NCBI RefSeq assembly: GCF_036000045.1
Contig: NZ_DASYGF010000060.1
Span: forward strand, 26,804-90,803
Origin: Pedococcus sp.
GTDB lineage: Bacteria; Actinomycetota; Actinomycetes; Actinomycetales; Dermatophilaceae
DNA length: 64,000 nt
Direction: 5' to 3'
The notes under the pieces were generated by a model. It was not told where the DNA came from. It saw nothing but the letters and a program-made list of their open reading frames with translations, and did not search any database. Made by a program: the position numbers and the translations under genes. This document shows, piece by piece, positions 1 through 10,062 of the stretch (the stretch's first letter is position 1; the number at the start of each line of letters is the position of its first letter).

Positions 1-250
1 CCGCTCCGGCGACGATGAGCAGCGGGCTGCCCTCGTGGAGGACCGCCTCGCGCTGTTGGGGGTTCAGCCCCTGCAGCAGCGACTCGGGATCGGTGGGCTG
101 CCCGCTCCCCTCCTCGGGGCCTCGCCCCTGCGCGGCGGCCTGGGCCCACGTGGGGACGCCGCGCTCGTCGACGGCAGTCGCGCGGGCAGCCGCAGCCGAC
201 GGCCGCTGGCCGGGCTCGGGGAAGGAGAGGTCGTCGAACAGCGTGCTCAT
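1..250 (-). CDS. pcrA: ATP-dependent DNA helicase PcrA/UvrD, 5' part (runs off window)
   Basis: Not in the ORF track. Manual translation from ATG at 250: MSTLFDDLSFPEP...LLQGLNPQQREAVLHEGSPLLIVAGA, which is the UvrD Q-motif leading into Walker A. Confidence 0.9.
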   Translation of the reverse strand, partial: MSTLFDDLSFPEPGQRPSAAAARATAVDERGVPTWAQAAAQGRGPEEGSGQPTDPESLLQGLNPQQREAVLHEGSPLLIVAGA

Positions 251-295
251 ATCGGCTCCAGCCTACGTGGCCCGGCCGACAGATAGGTTCAGCCC

Positions 296-1117
296 ATGAC
301 CTGCGCCCACCCGGTCACCGGCCGGCCGTTCCCCTCACCGGTGCCCCCGGGCACCGGGTGGCCCGGGGACCCGGCCACCGCCGCCACTGCGGTCGCCGGC
401 ACGCCCGGCGAGGTCGTGGAGCTCGCACGGTCGGCGTCGGACGTCGCCGAGCTCGACGCGCGGGTCAGCGTCTGTCGCGCCTGCCCACGGCTCGTCGAGT
501 GGCGCGAGTCGGTGGCGGTCACCGGCCGCCGGGCGTCGTTCGCCGACCAGCCCTACTGGGGGCGGCCCGGGCCTGGCTTCGGCGACCCGGCGGCCGAGCG
601 TCTCATCGTGGGGCTCGCGCCGGCGGCCAACGGCACCAACCGCACGGGCCGGATGTTCACCGGTGACCGCAGCGGCGACTGGCTGTATGCCGCGCTGCAC
701 CGCGCCGGGTACGCCACCCAGCCACAGTCCTGGGCCAGCGGGGACGGCCTCGAGCTGCGCGGCATACGGATCGTGGCGGCGGTCCGGTGCGCCCCTCCGG
801 CCAACAAGCCGACCCCGCAGGAGCGGGCGGCCTGCGCGCCCTGGCTGGACCGAGACCTCGAGCTCGCCACGCCACGGCTGCGCAGCATGCTGGCCCTGGG
901 CTCGATCGCCTGGGACGCCTCGCTCGCGGCCGCGCGGCGGCTCGGATGGGCGGTGCCACGGCCCAAGCCTGCCTTCGGGCATGCCGCCGAGGCGGTGCTG
1001 ACCACCACGGGTGGACGCGAGGTGCGCCTCGTCGGGTGCTACCACGTGAGCCAGCAGAACACCTTCACCGGCAAGCTGACCGAGGCGATGCTCGACGCCG
1101 CCATCGCCCGCCTCTGA
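296..1117 (+). CDS. udgB: Uracil-DNA glycosylase family 5 (UdgB), Fe-S type
   Basis: [41 protein letters not shown] and [14 protein letters not shown] motifs. Confidence 0.9.
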   Translation: MTCAHPVTGRPFPSPVPPGTGWPGDPATAATAVAGTPGEVVELARSASDVAELDARVSVCRACPRLVEWRESVAVTGRRASFADQPYWGRPGPGFGDPAAERLIVGLAPAANGTNRTGRMFTGDRSGDWLYAALHRAGYATQPQSWASGDGLELRGIRIVAAVRCAPPANKPTPQERAACAPWLDRDLELATPRLRSMLALGSIAWDASLAAARRLGWAVPRPKPAFGHAAEAVLTTTGGREVRLVGCYHVSQQNTFTGKLTEAMLDAAIARL

Positions 1118-1153
1118 CGCGAGACAACCAGCCTCGGACCGTAGGGTGGCACG

Positions 1154-2134
1154 GTGACTATCGCGCGCAGACTCGTCGTCCCCCGCACCGGTGACTCCTC
1201 CGTCCTGGAGGTCCAGGACTACGACGTGAGCCCGCCCGGGCCCGGCGAGGTCACGGTCGAGGTCGCCGCTGCCGGGGTGAACTTCATCGACGTCTACCAG
1301 CGGCAGGGCGTCTATCGGCTGCCCACCCCGTTCGGCTGCTGTTCCGAGGGCGCCGGCACCGTCGTGGCCCTCGGCGAGGGCGTCGACAGTGTCGAGGTCG
1401 GCGACCGCGTGGCCTGGGCCCAGGGACTCGGTGCGGCCGCGACGCTCACCAACCGTGCGGTCGACACGCTGGTTCCCGTCCCGGACGGGCTCGACCTGGA
1501 GATCGCGGCGGGGGCGATGTTGCAGGGCATGACCGCGCACTACCTGGTCAACTCCACCTTTGCCGTCGGCCCGGGCACGGTCGCGCTCGTGCACGCCGCC
1601 GCGGGCGGCGTCGGGCAGCTGCTGGTGCAGATGGTGACCGCCAAGGGAGGCCGCGTCATCGCGACCGCCGGCTCCCCCGAGAAGCTCGAGATCGCTCGCC
1701 GTCTCGGTGCCAGCGCCGCGATCGACTACCGCGAGAGCAGCGACCTGGCAGCCGAGGTCCGTGAGGCCAACGGCGGCCAAGGCGTGGACGTGGCCTACGA
1801 CGGGGTCGGCAAGGCGACCTTCGACGCGTCGCTGGCGTCGCTGCGTCCCCGCGGCATGATGGTGCTCTTCGGTGGAGCGAGCGGTCAGGTGCCACCGTTC
1901 GACCTGCAGCGGCTCAACGCCGGCGGGTCGCTGTTCGTCACCCGCCCCACCCTGGTGCACTACACCGCCACCCGCGGTGAGCTCCTCGAGCGCGGCACCT
2001 CGGTGCTCGGGGCACTGGCCACCGGAACGCTGACGCTCGAGGTCGGTGGCCGCTACGCGCTCGAGGACGCGGCCGCGGCCTACGACGACCTCGAGAGCCG
2101 CCGCACGACGGGCAAGCTGCTGCTCATCCCCTGA
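1154..2134 (+). CDS. qor: NADPH:quinone oxidoreductase (zeta-crystallin/MDR family)
   Basis: GVNFIDVYQRQG, HAAAGGVG, YDGVGKATFDASL, GSLFVTRPTL, TTGKLLL. Confidence 0.9.
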   Translation: MTIARRLVVPRTGDSSVLEVQDYDVSPPGPGEVTVEVAAAGVNFIDVYQRQGVYRLPTPFGCCSEGAGTVVALGEGVDSVEVGDRVAWAQGLGAAATLTNRAVDTLVPVPDGLDLEIAAGAMLQGMTAHYLVNSTFAVGPGTVALVHAAAGGVGQLLVQMVTAKGGRVIATAGSPEKLEIARRLGASAAIDYRESSDLAAEVREANGGQGVDVAYDGVGKATFDASLASLRPRGMMVLFGGASGQVPPFDLQRLNAGGSLFVTRPTLVHYTATRGELLERGTSVLGALATGTLTLEVGGRYALEDAAAAYDDLESRRTTGKLLLIP

Positions 2135-2159
2135 CACCGCCGACCGGCATGATGGCGCC

Positions 2160-3251
2160 ATGACGCAGCCCTCACCGTGGGTCCTGCACGTCGACCTCGA
2201 CCAGTTCATCGCGGCTGTCGAGATCCTGCGGCGCCCCGAGCTCGCCGGGCTGCCCGTCATCGTCGGAGGCCGCGGCGACCCCACCGAACGGGCGGTCGTG
2301 TCCACCGCGTCCTACGAGGCCCGCGCGTTCGGGGTGCGCTCCGGCATGCCCCTGAAGACCGCAGTGCGACGCTGTCCGGAGGCGGTGCTGCTGCCCGTCG
2401 ACGCGCCGGCCTACGACGCCGCCTCGGCGGTCGTGATGCAGACGCTGCGGGGTATGCCGGGGGCAGTCGTCGAGGTGCTGGGCTGGGACGAGGCATTCGT
2501 GGGAGTGAGCACCGACGACCCGGTGGCCTATGCGCATCGGATCCGGGCGGCCGTCCTCGACGCCAGCGAGCTGCACTGCTCGGTCGGCGTCGGCGACACC
2601 AAGGTCCGCGCCAAGATCGCGACCGACTTCGGCAAGCCTCAGGGCGTCTTCGTCCTGACGCGGGAGAACTGGTTCGAGGTGATGGGCGAGCGCCCGACGA
2701 TCGCACTGTGGGGGGTCGGGTCGCGGATCTCCCAGCGGCTGGCGGCTCTGGGCCACACGACGGTGCGCGAGCTGGCCGAGGCCGACGAGAGCGCGCTGGT
2801 CGCCGAGTTCGGGCCGGCCATGGGTCCGCACTACCGGCGGCTGGGCCGCGGGGTCAGCTCTGCCACCGTCGACGACACCCCGTGGGTCGCCCGGGCGCAC
2901 GGCCGCGAGACGACCTACCAGTCGAACCTCGTCACACCACAGGAGGTGTCCGACGCCGTGCGAGCCCTCGCGGCCCTGGTCGTCGCGGACATCCGCAACG
3001 AGGGCCGGGCCTGCGCCAGGGTGTTCCTCAAGGTGCGGTTCGCGCCCTTCTTCACGACGAACCGGGTGCGCAAGCTGCCGGAGCCCACCTTCGACGTCGA
3101 CACGATCGCCGAGACCGCGCTCGACCTCCTGCGCGAGCTCGGCGACGAGCGGCCCATCCGGCTGCTGGGGGTCCGGGCGGAGATGGTGCCGCCCGAAGGC
3201 GGGTATGCCGCGCCTCGCACCACCGGCCGGGGCGGACCGGCGGCCGGCTGA
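2160..3251 (+). CDS. dinB: DNA polymerase IV (Y family)
   Basis: LHVDLDQFIAAVE, STASYEARAFGVRSGMP, GWDEAF, AKIATDFGKPQG. Start set at ATG 2160. Confidence 0.9.
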   Translation: MTQPSPWVLHVDLDQFIAAVEILRRPELAGLPVIVGGRGDPTERAVVSTASYEARAFGVRSGMPLKTAVRRCPEAVLLPVDAPAYDAASAVVMQTLRGMPGAVVEVLGWDEAFVGVSTDDPVAYAHRIRAAVLDASELHCSVGVGDTKVRAKIATDFGKPQGVFVLTRENWFEVMGERPTIALWGVGSRISQRLAALGHTTVRELAEADESALVAEFGPAMGPHYRRLGRGVSSATVDDTPWVARAHGRETTYQSNLVTPQEVSDAVRALAALVVADIRNEGRACARVFLKVRFAPFFTTNRVRKLPEPTFDVDTIAETALDLLRELGDERPIRLLGVRAEMVPPEGGYAAPRTTGRGGPAAG

Positions 3252-3285
3252 CCGGTCAGCCGGGCCTCGGGCCCGGAACGCGCTC

Positions 3286-3642
3286 CTACAGCCAGAGGGC
3301 GGCGACGAGCACGTTGAGCGCACCGAGCGCGCCGCCGGCCGTGACGAGGGTCTTGGGGTCCTCGCCGCGGCGGGCCCGGGCCCGGGCGATCTCGAGGCAG
3401 GCGACCGCCGCGAGCGCGACCACGAGCTTGACGCCGACCGCGGCGTGGTTGAGGTGCTTGTCGAGCGAGTGCACCGACTCGGCCAGCCCCACGAGGACCA
3501 GGCCCGTCACGATCTGGGCGCGCGCGCCGTTGACCATGACCTCGAGGGCCGTGAACCCACGCAGGGAGGCGAACCACCCTCCGACGAGGGCGGCCATGCC
3601 GAGCAGGTGCAGGACGACGATCAGGTCGTAGACCACGTTCAT
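3286..3642 (-). CDS. Small integral membrane protein (about 4 TM)
   Basis: MNVVYDLIVVLHLLGMAALVGG...GARAQIVTGLVLVG...VGVKLVVAL...NVLVAALWL. Hydrophobic; start at ATG 3642. Confidence 0.75.
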   Translation of the reverse strand: MNVVYDLIVVLHLLGMAALVGGWFASLRGFTALEVMVNGARAQIVTGLVLVGLAESVHSLDKHLNHAAVGVKLVVALAAVACLEIARARARRGEDPKTLVTAGGALGALNVLVAALWL

Positions 3643-3676
3643 GAGCGCGAGCCTACCGAGCGGGCATCTCAGGACC

Positions 3677-6172
3677 TCAGAGGCCCAGCTCACCGGTGAG
3701 CAGGACGTCCTCCGCGAGGTCACGCAGCTTGATGTTGTGGTTGGCGCTGTGCCGCCGCAGCCGGTCGAAGGCCTCGTCGCTGGAGATGCCGTGGCGAGCC
3801 ATGAGGATGCCCATCGCCATGCCGATCCGCCGGCTCGTCCGCAGGGCCACCTTGAGCGTGTCGGCGCGCGCCTCGGCCTCGTCGAGTGCCTGGGCCCGCT
3901 GCTGGGCCAGCTCGTGGTGGACGCGCAGCCTGGAGAGCAGCTCGACCGGCTCGAACGGCTTGACGACGTAGTCGTCCGCGCCCGCGGCCAGACCGGTGGC
4001 GGCAGCACGAGACCCGGCGCGAGCCGAGAGCAGGATGACGGGGACCGCCGCCAGCCGGGGGTCCTGCCGGACCAGGCGCACCAGGTCCAGACCGCTCTGT
4101 CCCGGCAGCATGATGTCGGACAGGATCAGGTCCGGAGGCTGCTGGACGGTCAGCGCCGACGGCACGTCGGCGACGGCGGTGACCTCCCAGCGGTCGGAGG
4201 TCAGCAGCCGGGTGAGGTAGCCGCGCAGGTCAGCGTGGTCCTCGACCAGCAGCAGCCGAGGCGCCGCGGCGCCCGAGGACGGGGTGCCGGACGGCTGCGT
4301 CGCACTGTGCACCGTCGCCTGGGCTGCCCCGTTGGAGGTGGCCCGGGGGGTCCGTGCTCGGGCGCTCCGCGCGTCGTCGAGCTCGTCGGTCGTCCGTGGT
4401 GTGGCCGCTGCGCGTCCCGACGGGGCGTCGCTGCCGCGTCCGACCGGCGCACCGACCGGAAGCACCACCCGGAACGTGCTGCCGCGCCCCAGCTCGCTCT
4501 CGAGCCCCACTCGGCCGCCGTGGGCGCGCACCAGATCCGCCACCAGAGCCAGCCCGATACCGGCGCCAGGAACTCCGGGCCGCACCTCGTGGCGCACCTG
4601 GCGGAACCTCTCGAAGACGTGCTCCTGCTCGTCGACGGGGATGCCGCACCCGGTGTCCGCCACGGTGAGCTCGAGCTCGTCGCCACGACGTCGCAGGGCC
4701 ACCGAGACGGTACCCGCGTCGGTGAACTTGAACGCGTTGGACACCAGGTTGACGACGACCTTGGCCCAGGCCTCCTGGTCGAGCCAGGCCGCGCCCACCT
4801 CGGGCAGGTCGATCTCGAGCACGAGGCCGGCGCTCTCCATCGCGCTGCGGAACATGCTGACCAGCTCGGCGGTGTAGGCGGTGACGTCGACCGCCTCCAG
4901 GACCGGCACGAGCGTGCCGGACTCGGCCCGGGCGAACTCCAGGAGCGCGTCGACGAGGCGGTTCAGCCGACCGGCCGCCCTCTCGACCGCGTCCACGTGC
5001 GGCTCCTGCTCGGTGTCCAGGCCGAGCTCGCGGAGCTCACGGGCGGCGGCCATGGCGATGGTCAGCGGGGTGCGGAACTCGTGGCTGACGTTCTGGAAGA
5101 AGGTCGTCTTGCTGGCGTCGAGGTCGGCCAGCGCCGCTGCGCGCTTGCGCTCGTAGTCCGTCGCTCGGGCGTCGGCCAGCAGCGTGGAGACCTGCCGGGT
5201 GATCAGGTCCATGAACGCGGTGTAGGAGTCGTCGAGCTGCCGGTAGGGGTTGAGTCCCAGCACGACCACTCCGGCGACCCCCGCCGCCAGCCCGCCCCGC
5301 AGCGGCTCGACCATGGCGCTGTGCGGAAGCAGTGGCCCCAACGGGCCCGCAGCGGCGCGCAGGTCGTCGTCCGGACCGAAGGTCAACAGGCGCTCACGCC
5401 GGTGGGCCGCGACCGAGGCATACGGATGGTCCGAACCGCGCCTCACCCGCACCGGCATGGCGCGCTCCGAGGGCTCCACGCCGTAGGACGCCGACAGGAC
5501 CAGGTCGCCGCTGGACTCCTCCTGCAGGTAGACCGCGGCGAAGGGCAACGCGTGGCGGTTGCCGCTCATGATGGTCATCACGTGCTGGCAGAGGTCGTCG
5601 GCATCGCCCAGCTCGGCGCTGGACACCACGGCCAGGGCGTGGACGATGTCGAGCCGCCGTGACTCGATGACCGGCTTGGACACGTCCGTGGTGGCGACGA
5701 ACACGCCGAGCACCTCACCCGACGCGTCGCGGATGGGGCTGTAGGAGAAGGTCCAGTAGGTCTCCTCCGTGTAGCCATGGCGCTCGAGGAAGAGCAGGTG
5801 CTGCTCGGCATAGGTCGACTCGCCCCGCTCGAACACGTCGGTCGTGAGCGGGCCAAGCTCCTGCCACACCTCTCCCCAGCAGTCCGCTGCGAGCTGTCCC
5901 ATGGCCTCGGGGTGCTTGGAGCCCAGCAGGGGCCGGTAGGCGTCGTTGTAGATCTGCACGAGGTCGGGCCCCGACCAGATGAGCATCGGCACCTGCGAGG
6001 GCATGACGGTGCGGATCGCGGTGCGCAGCGCCTCGGGCCACGTCTGGGGTTCCCCGAGCGAGGTGGCCGCCCAGTCCGTCGCCCGCGCCAGGGTGGCTGC
6101 CGCGTCATCTCCCGGAAACAGGCTGGCGAGCACCTCGTCAGTCCCGGGCTCGCCCGGAAGGAAGATGGTCAC
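3677..6172 (-). CDS. Hybrid sensor kinase: PAS/GAF-like - HisKA - HATPase - receiver - ANTAR
   Basis: H-box SHEFRTPLT, NLVSNAFKFT, DTGCGIP, GAGIGLALV; receiver LLVEDH..SDIMLP..KPF; ANTAR IGMAMGILMARHGISSDEAFDRLRRHSANHNIKLRDLA. Confidence 0.88.
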   Translation of the reverse strand: MTIFLPGEPGTDEVLASLFPGDDAAATLARATDWAATSLGEPQTWPEALRTAIRTVMPSQVPMLIWSGPDLVQIYNDAYRPLLGSKHPEAMGQLAADCWGEVWQELGPLTTDVFERGESTYAEQHLLFLERHGYTEETYWTFSYSPIRDASGEVLGVFVATTDVSKPVIESRRLDIVHALAVVSSAELGDADDLCQHVMTIMSGNRHALPFAAVYLQEESSGDLVLSASYGVEPSERAMPVRVRRGSDHPYASVAAHRRERLLTFGPDDDLRAAAGPLGPLLPHSAMVEPLRGGLAAGVAGVVVLGLNPYRQLDDSYTAFMDLITRQVSTLLADARATDYERKRAAALADLDASKTTFFQNVSHEFRTPLTIAMAAARELRELGLDTEQEPHVDAVERAAGRLNRLVDALLEFARAESGTLVPVLEAVDVTAYTAELVSMFRSAMESAGLVLEIDLPEVGAAWLDQEAWAKVVVNLVSNAFKFTDAGTVSVALRRRGDELELTVADTGCGIPVDEQEHVFERFRQVRHEVRPGVPGAGIGLALVADLVRAHGGRVGLESELGRGSTFRVVLPVGAPVGRGSDAPSGRAAATPRTTDELDDARSARARTPRATSNGAAQATVHSATQPSGTPSSGAAAPRLLLVEDHADLRGYLTRLLTSDRWEVTAVADVPSALTVQQPPDLILSDIMLPGQSGLDLVRLVRQDPRLAAVPVILLSARAGSRAAATGLAAGADDYVVKPFEPVELLSRLRVHHELAQQRAQALDEAEARADTLKVALRTSRRIGMAMGILMARHGISSDEAFDRLRRHSANHNIKLRDLAEDVLLTGELGL

Positions 6173-6253
6173 GTGCTGAACTTATCGGGACAACCACACC
6201 GTTTGGCAACCCCCGCCCCGACGTATAACCGCAGGTCAGGCATGGTATGCCGG

Positions 6254-6931
6254 TCACATGAGCCGTCTGCCCATGGCCCAGGCAGTCAGCTCGTGACGGG
6301 ACGAGAGCTGGAGCTTGCGCAGCACCGAGGAGACGTGCGTCTCGACCGTCTTGACGGAGATGAAGAGCTCCTTGGCGACCTCCTTGTACTGGTAGCCGCG
6401 GGCGATGAGCCGCATCACCTCGCGCTCGCGTGCGGAGAGCCGGTCGAGCTCCTCGTCGACCTCGGCCAGCTCACCGGCGGCGGCTCCGAACGCGTCGAGG
6501 ACGAAGCCGGCCAGCCGCGGAGAGAACACCGCGTCGCCATCGGCCACCCGGTGGATGGCCCGGGTGAGGTCGGCCGCGCCGATGGTCTTGGTCACGTAGC
6601 CGCGAGCCCCGGCCCGGATCACCGCGATGACGTCCTCAGCCGCGTCCGAGACCGACAGAGCCAGGAACCGCACGGGCCGGCCGTCGGTGGTCTCCAGACC
6701 GCGGCAGCCATGCAGCACGTCGACTCCGCCGTGGCCGTTCCCGCCGGGCAGGTGCACGTCGAGCAGCACGACGGCAGGCCGGTGCTGGCGGACCAGCGCG
6801 ACGGCGGTGTCGACGTCCGGCGCCTCGCCCACGATGTCGACGGCCTCCCCGATCTCGGCGCGCACGCCGGAGCGGAACATCCGGTGGTCGTCGACGAGGA
6901 CCACGGTGACCAGCGGCGAGTCAGGCGTCAT
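6254..6931 (-). CDS. NarL/LuxR-family response regulator
   Basis: VLVDDHRMFRSG, LLDVHLP, LSAREREVMRLIARGYQYKEVAKELFISVKTVETHVSSVLRKL. Confidence 0.92.
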   Translation of the reverse strand: MTPDSPLVTVVLVDDHRMFRSGVRAEIGEAVDIVGEAPDVDTAVALVRQHRPAVVLLDVHLPGGNGHGGVDVLHGCRGLETTDGRPVRFLALSVSDAAEDVIAVIRAGARGYVTKTIGAADLTRAIHRVADGDAVFSPRLAGFVLDAFGAAAGELAEVDEELDRLSAREREVMRLIARGYQYKEVAKELFISVKTVETHVSSVLRKLQLSSRHELTAWAMGRRLM

Positions 6932-8285
6932 GGGTCTCCTCTGAGGGCAGGGCCGGACTGGTGGCCGCCGGCAGCGTCAGCTGGACCTCGGTGCCCTGGT
7001 CGAGCCGGCGCACCCGAGCCTGCCCACCGTGGCGGGTCATCCGTCCCATGATGGACTGCCGCACGCCGAGCCGGTCTCCGGGCACCTCCTCGAGGTCGAA
7101 GCCGGGGCCGTGGTCGCGGACGAACGCCTCGACCCCCTCGCGGCCCGCCTCGACGTAGACGGACACCGGCGGCGCTCCGTGGCGGACCGCGTTGAGGACC
7201 GCCTCGCGGACGGCCCGGACGAGGGCCATCGCCCCGTCGTCCAGCGGCCGGTCACCGGTGCAGACCACCTCGACCGGTATGCCGTGCAGGTCCTCCACCT
7301 CGTGGGCCGCCTGGGCCACCGCGGCGGCGAGGGTGTCGTCGGAGCCGGCCGGCCCGGCATACAGCCAGGCGCGGAGCTCGCGCTCCTGGGCCCGGGCGAG
7401 AAGGGTCACCGCCGAGGGGTCCTCGGCCTTGCGCTGGATCAAGGCCAGGGTCTGGAGCACGGAGTCGTGCAGGTGCGCCGCGATGTCGGCGCGCTCGGTC
7501 GCGCGAGCCCGCTCGGCCTGCTCGTGTCGCAGGTCCGACCAGAGCCGCAGCCCCCAGGGGGCGGCGATGAGGACGGCACCGGCGAGCACCGCGAGCGCGG
7601 CGGCACCGATGTCCCAGATCGCCGTGAGCGACTGGCCGCGCGTCGCCAGGACGATCAGCCCGACCACCGCCAGCACGGCCCCGAAGCTCAGCCGCGCGAT
7701 GCTGAACCGTCGCGCGCCGTTCTCGGAGCCCAGCCAGCGCCCGCGCTGCGAGTCGTCCAGCTGGGACCAGGCGATCACCGCGCCGACCGCCACGACGAGC
7801 AGGGGGGCGAGCAGACCCAGGCGGGCGTTGAGGCCCGCGTTCTGTGCCACGACCACGATGCCGACGAGCAGGAGGGCGCCTCCACCGACCAGGAGCCGGG
7901 TGGACTCACGGTCCGTGCTGTCCGCAGTCTGCCGGGCCTGCTCCTGGGGAGCAGGGTCGTCGCCGGCCGGCGAGGCGGCAGGGTCGACTGGCGCGCCCGC
8001 ACTTCGCGGGTGGCCTACGCGTCGCGAGGCGGCCGTGCCCGCGACGGTCTGGGGCGACAGCGCCCAGAGGAACACATAGGCCACGATCCCCGCGCCGGTC
8101 GGGAAGCAGGACAGCACCATGGCGATGCGCACCACTCGCACCGGCCAGCCCAGGTGCTCGGCCAGCCCCGCACAGACTCCGGCGAACACCCTTCCCTCGA
8201 CCGGCCGCCCGTACGGAGGCCGCATCGGCGCTCGAGGCACCGCCAGGGTCTCGTTGGCGGCGGCCCGCTCGTAGGGAATCGGCAT
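6921..8285 (-). CDS. PspC-domain membrane sensor histidine kinase
   Basis: N-terminal PspC (GRVFAGVCAGLAEHLG), TM helices, ERADIAAHLHDSVLQTLALIQ, VRDHGPGF, GVRQSIMGRM. Start at ATG 8285. Confidence 0.88.
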   Translation of the reverse strand: MPIPYERAAANETLAVPRAPMRPPYGRPVEGRVFAGVCAGLAEHLGWPVRVVRIAMVLSCFPTGAGIVAYVFLWALSPQTVAGTAASRRVGHPRSAGAPVDPAASPAGDDPAPQEQARQTADSTDRESTRLLVGGGALLLVGIVVVAQNAGLNARLGLLAPLLVVAVGAVIAWSQLDDSQRGRWLGSENGARRFSIARLSFGAVLAVVGLIVLATRGQSLTAIWDIGAAALAVLAGAVLIAAPWGLRLWSDLRHEQAERARATERADIAAHLHDSVLQTLALIQRKAEDPSAVTLLARAQERELRAWLYAGPAGSDDTLAAAVAQAAHEVEDLHGIPVEVVCTGDRPLDDGAMALVRAVREAVLNAVRHGAPPVSVYVEAGREGVEAFVRDHGPGFDLEEVPGDRLGVRQSIMGRMTRHGGQARVRRLDQGTEVQLTLPAATSPALPSEETHDA

Positions 8286-8326
8286 GTCCTCATCCTGACG
8301 CACGCCCCGACCGATTCCTACGGCGC

Positions 8327-8374
8327 TCAGGGTGCTGGGAGAGGACTTCAGGGTCCGGTCAGGGTCGACCCTCA
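8327..8374. promoter_or_regulatory. TCAGGGT repeats (x3) plus an inverted copy between the divergent pspC genes; candidate response-regulator site
   Basis: tcagggt at 8327, 8348 and 8359; accctca at 8368. Confidence 0.5.
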
Positions 8375-8401
8375 TAGCAGGCAGGCGGGCCCGCGGACAG
8401 C

Positions 8402-9670
8402 ATGGTCGCTATGACGCAATCCCCAGGGCCCACCCAGGACCCGACCCCGAACGACGCGACCCCCGGCAGCGGACTCGACCGGTTCTTCGACTGGCTCCGG
8501 TCCCTGGACATCCGGCGCGACCCCGACGACAAGTGGCTGACCGGCACCTCCGCCGGCCTGGCCCTGCGCCTGGGGGTCGACCCACTGGTCGTCCGCGCGG
8601 GCTTCGTGCTGCTGGCGCTGCTCGGCGGCGTCGGCGTCACGCTCTACCTCATCGCCTGGGCCCTCCTGCCCAACGGCCGCGACGAGATCCTCGCCGAGCG
8701 CGCCGTGCGGCAAGGCGAGTTCTGGCCGATCGTGCTGCTCGCCGCGATCGTGCTGTCGCTGCTCGGTGGCACCGGTTTCGCCCACGACGGCACGGGCCTG
8801 TCGTGGTTCTGGTGGGTGGCCGTGCCCGTCGCGGTGGTCTTCTGGGCCCTGCGCCGCAACCGCCGGGGCGAACCGGTCGGCCCACCCCTGGCGTATGCCG
8901 CGCCGTCCGGTGCCGCCCCTGCCGCCCAGCCCCTCGCGTATGCCGCAACGCCCGGCACGGGCACCATGACCGCGTCGACCACGTCGTCTCCGTCGTCGTC
9001 GCCCCGCCCACCGCGTCGCCGCGGACCCGGCTTCGCCGGTCTGGTGCTGGTCGGTGGGCTGGCCCTCGCGGCATACGGTCTGGGGCTGTGGGCCCACGAC
9101 ACCTTCGGATGGCGAGGCAGCGGCGGTGTCGTCGGTCTCGCGGCAGCGCTGGCCGTGACCGGGCTCGGGGTGCTCGTCCTCGGTCTGACGGGCCGGCGGG
9201 CCGGCCTGGTGGGGTTCCTCGCCGTGCTCCTGGCCCTCGCCACCTGGACGGCCTCCGTCGTCCCGACGCTCAGCGTCGGCGGCGGAATCGGCGACCGGGT
9301 CTGGCGGCCGAGCGTGACGGACACGGCCCAGCGGTACCGGTTGGGCATCGGCGCCGCCGAGCTCGACCTGACCCAGCTGACCCACGGGACGGGCACGCCA
9401 CGGGCGGTGGACGCCGGCATCGGCGTCGGCGAGCTGCGGATCCGGGTCCCGGCAGGCCTCACCGTCGAGGTACGCAGCTCGGTCGGCGCGGGCGACGTCG
9501 GCCAGTGGGTGCCCAGCAGCGGGGGCAGTGGCAGCTCCGACACCTCGAGCTCGAGCAGCGGTCCTGGTGGCCGCAACATCAGCACCGTCGAGACCCTGGG
9601 CAGCGGCGCACCTGATGTCGTGGTGACCGCCCATGTCGGGCTCGGCCAGATCCTCATCGGCAAGGAGTGA
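8402..9670 (+). CDS. PspC-domain membrane protein with C-terminal LiaF/DUF2154-like domain
   Basis: DKWLTGTSAGLALRLGVDPLVVRAGFV (PspC), several TMs, YRLGIGAAELDLT..GVGELRIRVP. Confidence 0.8.
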   Translation: MVAMTQSPGPTQDPTPNDATPGSGLDRFFDWLRSLDIRRDPDDKWLTGTSAGLALRLGVDPLVVRAGFVLLALLGGVGVTLYLIAWALLPNGRDEILAERAVRQGEFWPIVLLAAIVLSLLGGTGFAHDGTGLSWFWWVAVPVAVVFWALRRNRRGEPVGPPLAYAAPSGAAPAAQPLAYAATPGTGTMTASTTSSPSSSPRPPRRRGPGFAGLVLVGGLALAAYGLGLWAHDTFGWRGSGGVVGLAAALAVTGLGVLVLGLTGRRAGLVGFLAVLLALATWTASVVPTLSVGGGIGDRVWRPSVTDTAQRYRLGIGAAELDLTQLTHGTGTPRAVDAGIGVGELRIRVPAGLTVEVRSSVGAGDVGQWVPSSGGSGSSDTSSSSSGPGGRNISTVETLGSGAPDVVVTAHVGLGQILIGKE

Positions 9671-9675
9671 CCGCC

Positions 9676-10062
9676 ATGACCAGCGACCAGACCAGCGACC
9701 AGTCCCCCGACCAGCCCACCGCAGAGATCACCGACCAGCCCACGGCGGAGATCACCGACCAGCCCACGACGGAGGTCCCCCCGACCACGGCCGCGGCGCC
9801 GGCGGGGGCGCCCGCGAGCCGCCCGAGGGGAGCGCACTGGCCCGCCATCATGCTCGGGCTGGTGTGCGTCGCCATCGCCGCGCTCGCGCTCGGGCAGGAG
9901 CTCGGCGCGTTCACGGTGGACTGGGGCCACCTCGGACCCCTGGGGATCGTCCTCGTCGGAGGCATTCTCGTCCTCGTCGGACTGCTCGGTGTGCTCGGAC
10001 GCCGCCGCGACGACACCCGCGGCGACGCCGGCCACCAGGCCGACCACGGACTGGGGTCCTAA
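9676..10062 (+). CDS. Small 2-TM membrane protein with repetitive N-terminus
   Basis: AAGGAG RBS; DQPTAEIT repeats followed by two hydrophobic helices; coupled to the pspC gene. Confidence 0.7.
   Translation: MTSDQTSDQSPDQPTAEITDQPTAEITDQPTTEVPPTTAAAPAGAPASRPRGAHWPAIMLGLVCVAIAALALGQELGAFTVDWGHLGPLGIVLVGGILVLVGLLGVLGRRRDDTRGDAGHQADHGLGS
9678..9777 (+). repeat. Coding tandem repeats (12-bp and 24-bp units)
   Basis: gaccagcgacca x2, then gaccagcccac(c/g)gc(a/g)gagatcacc about 3 times. Confidence 0.8.

Noticed and set aside
9520-9570. Ser/Gly low-complexity run in the PspC protein
   Set aside because: Ordinary flexible loop.
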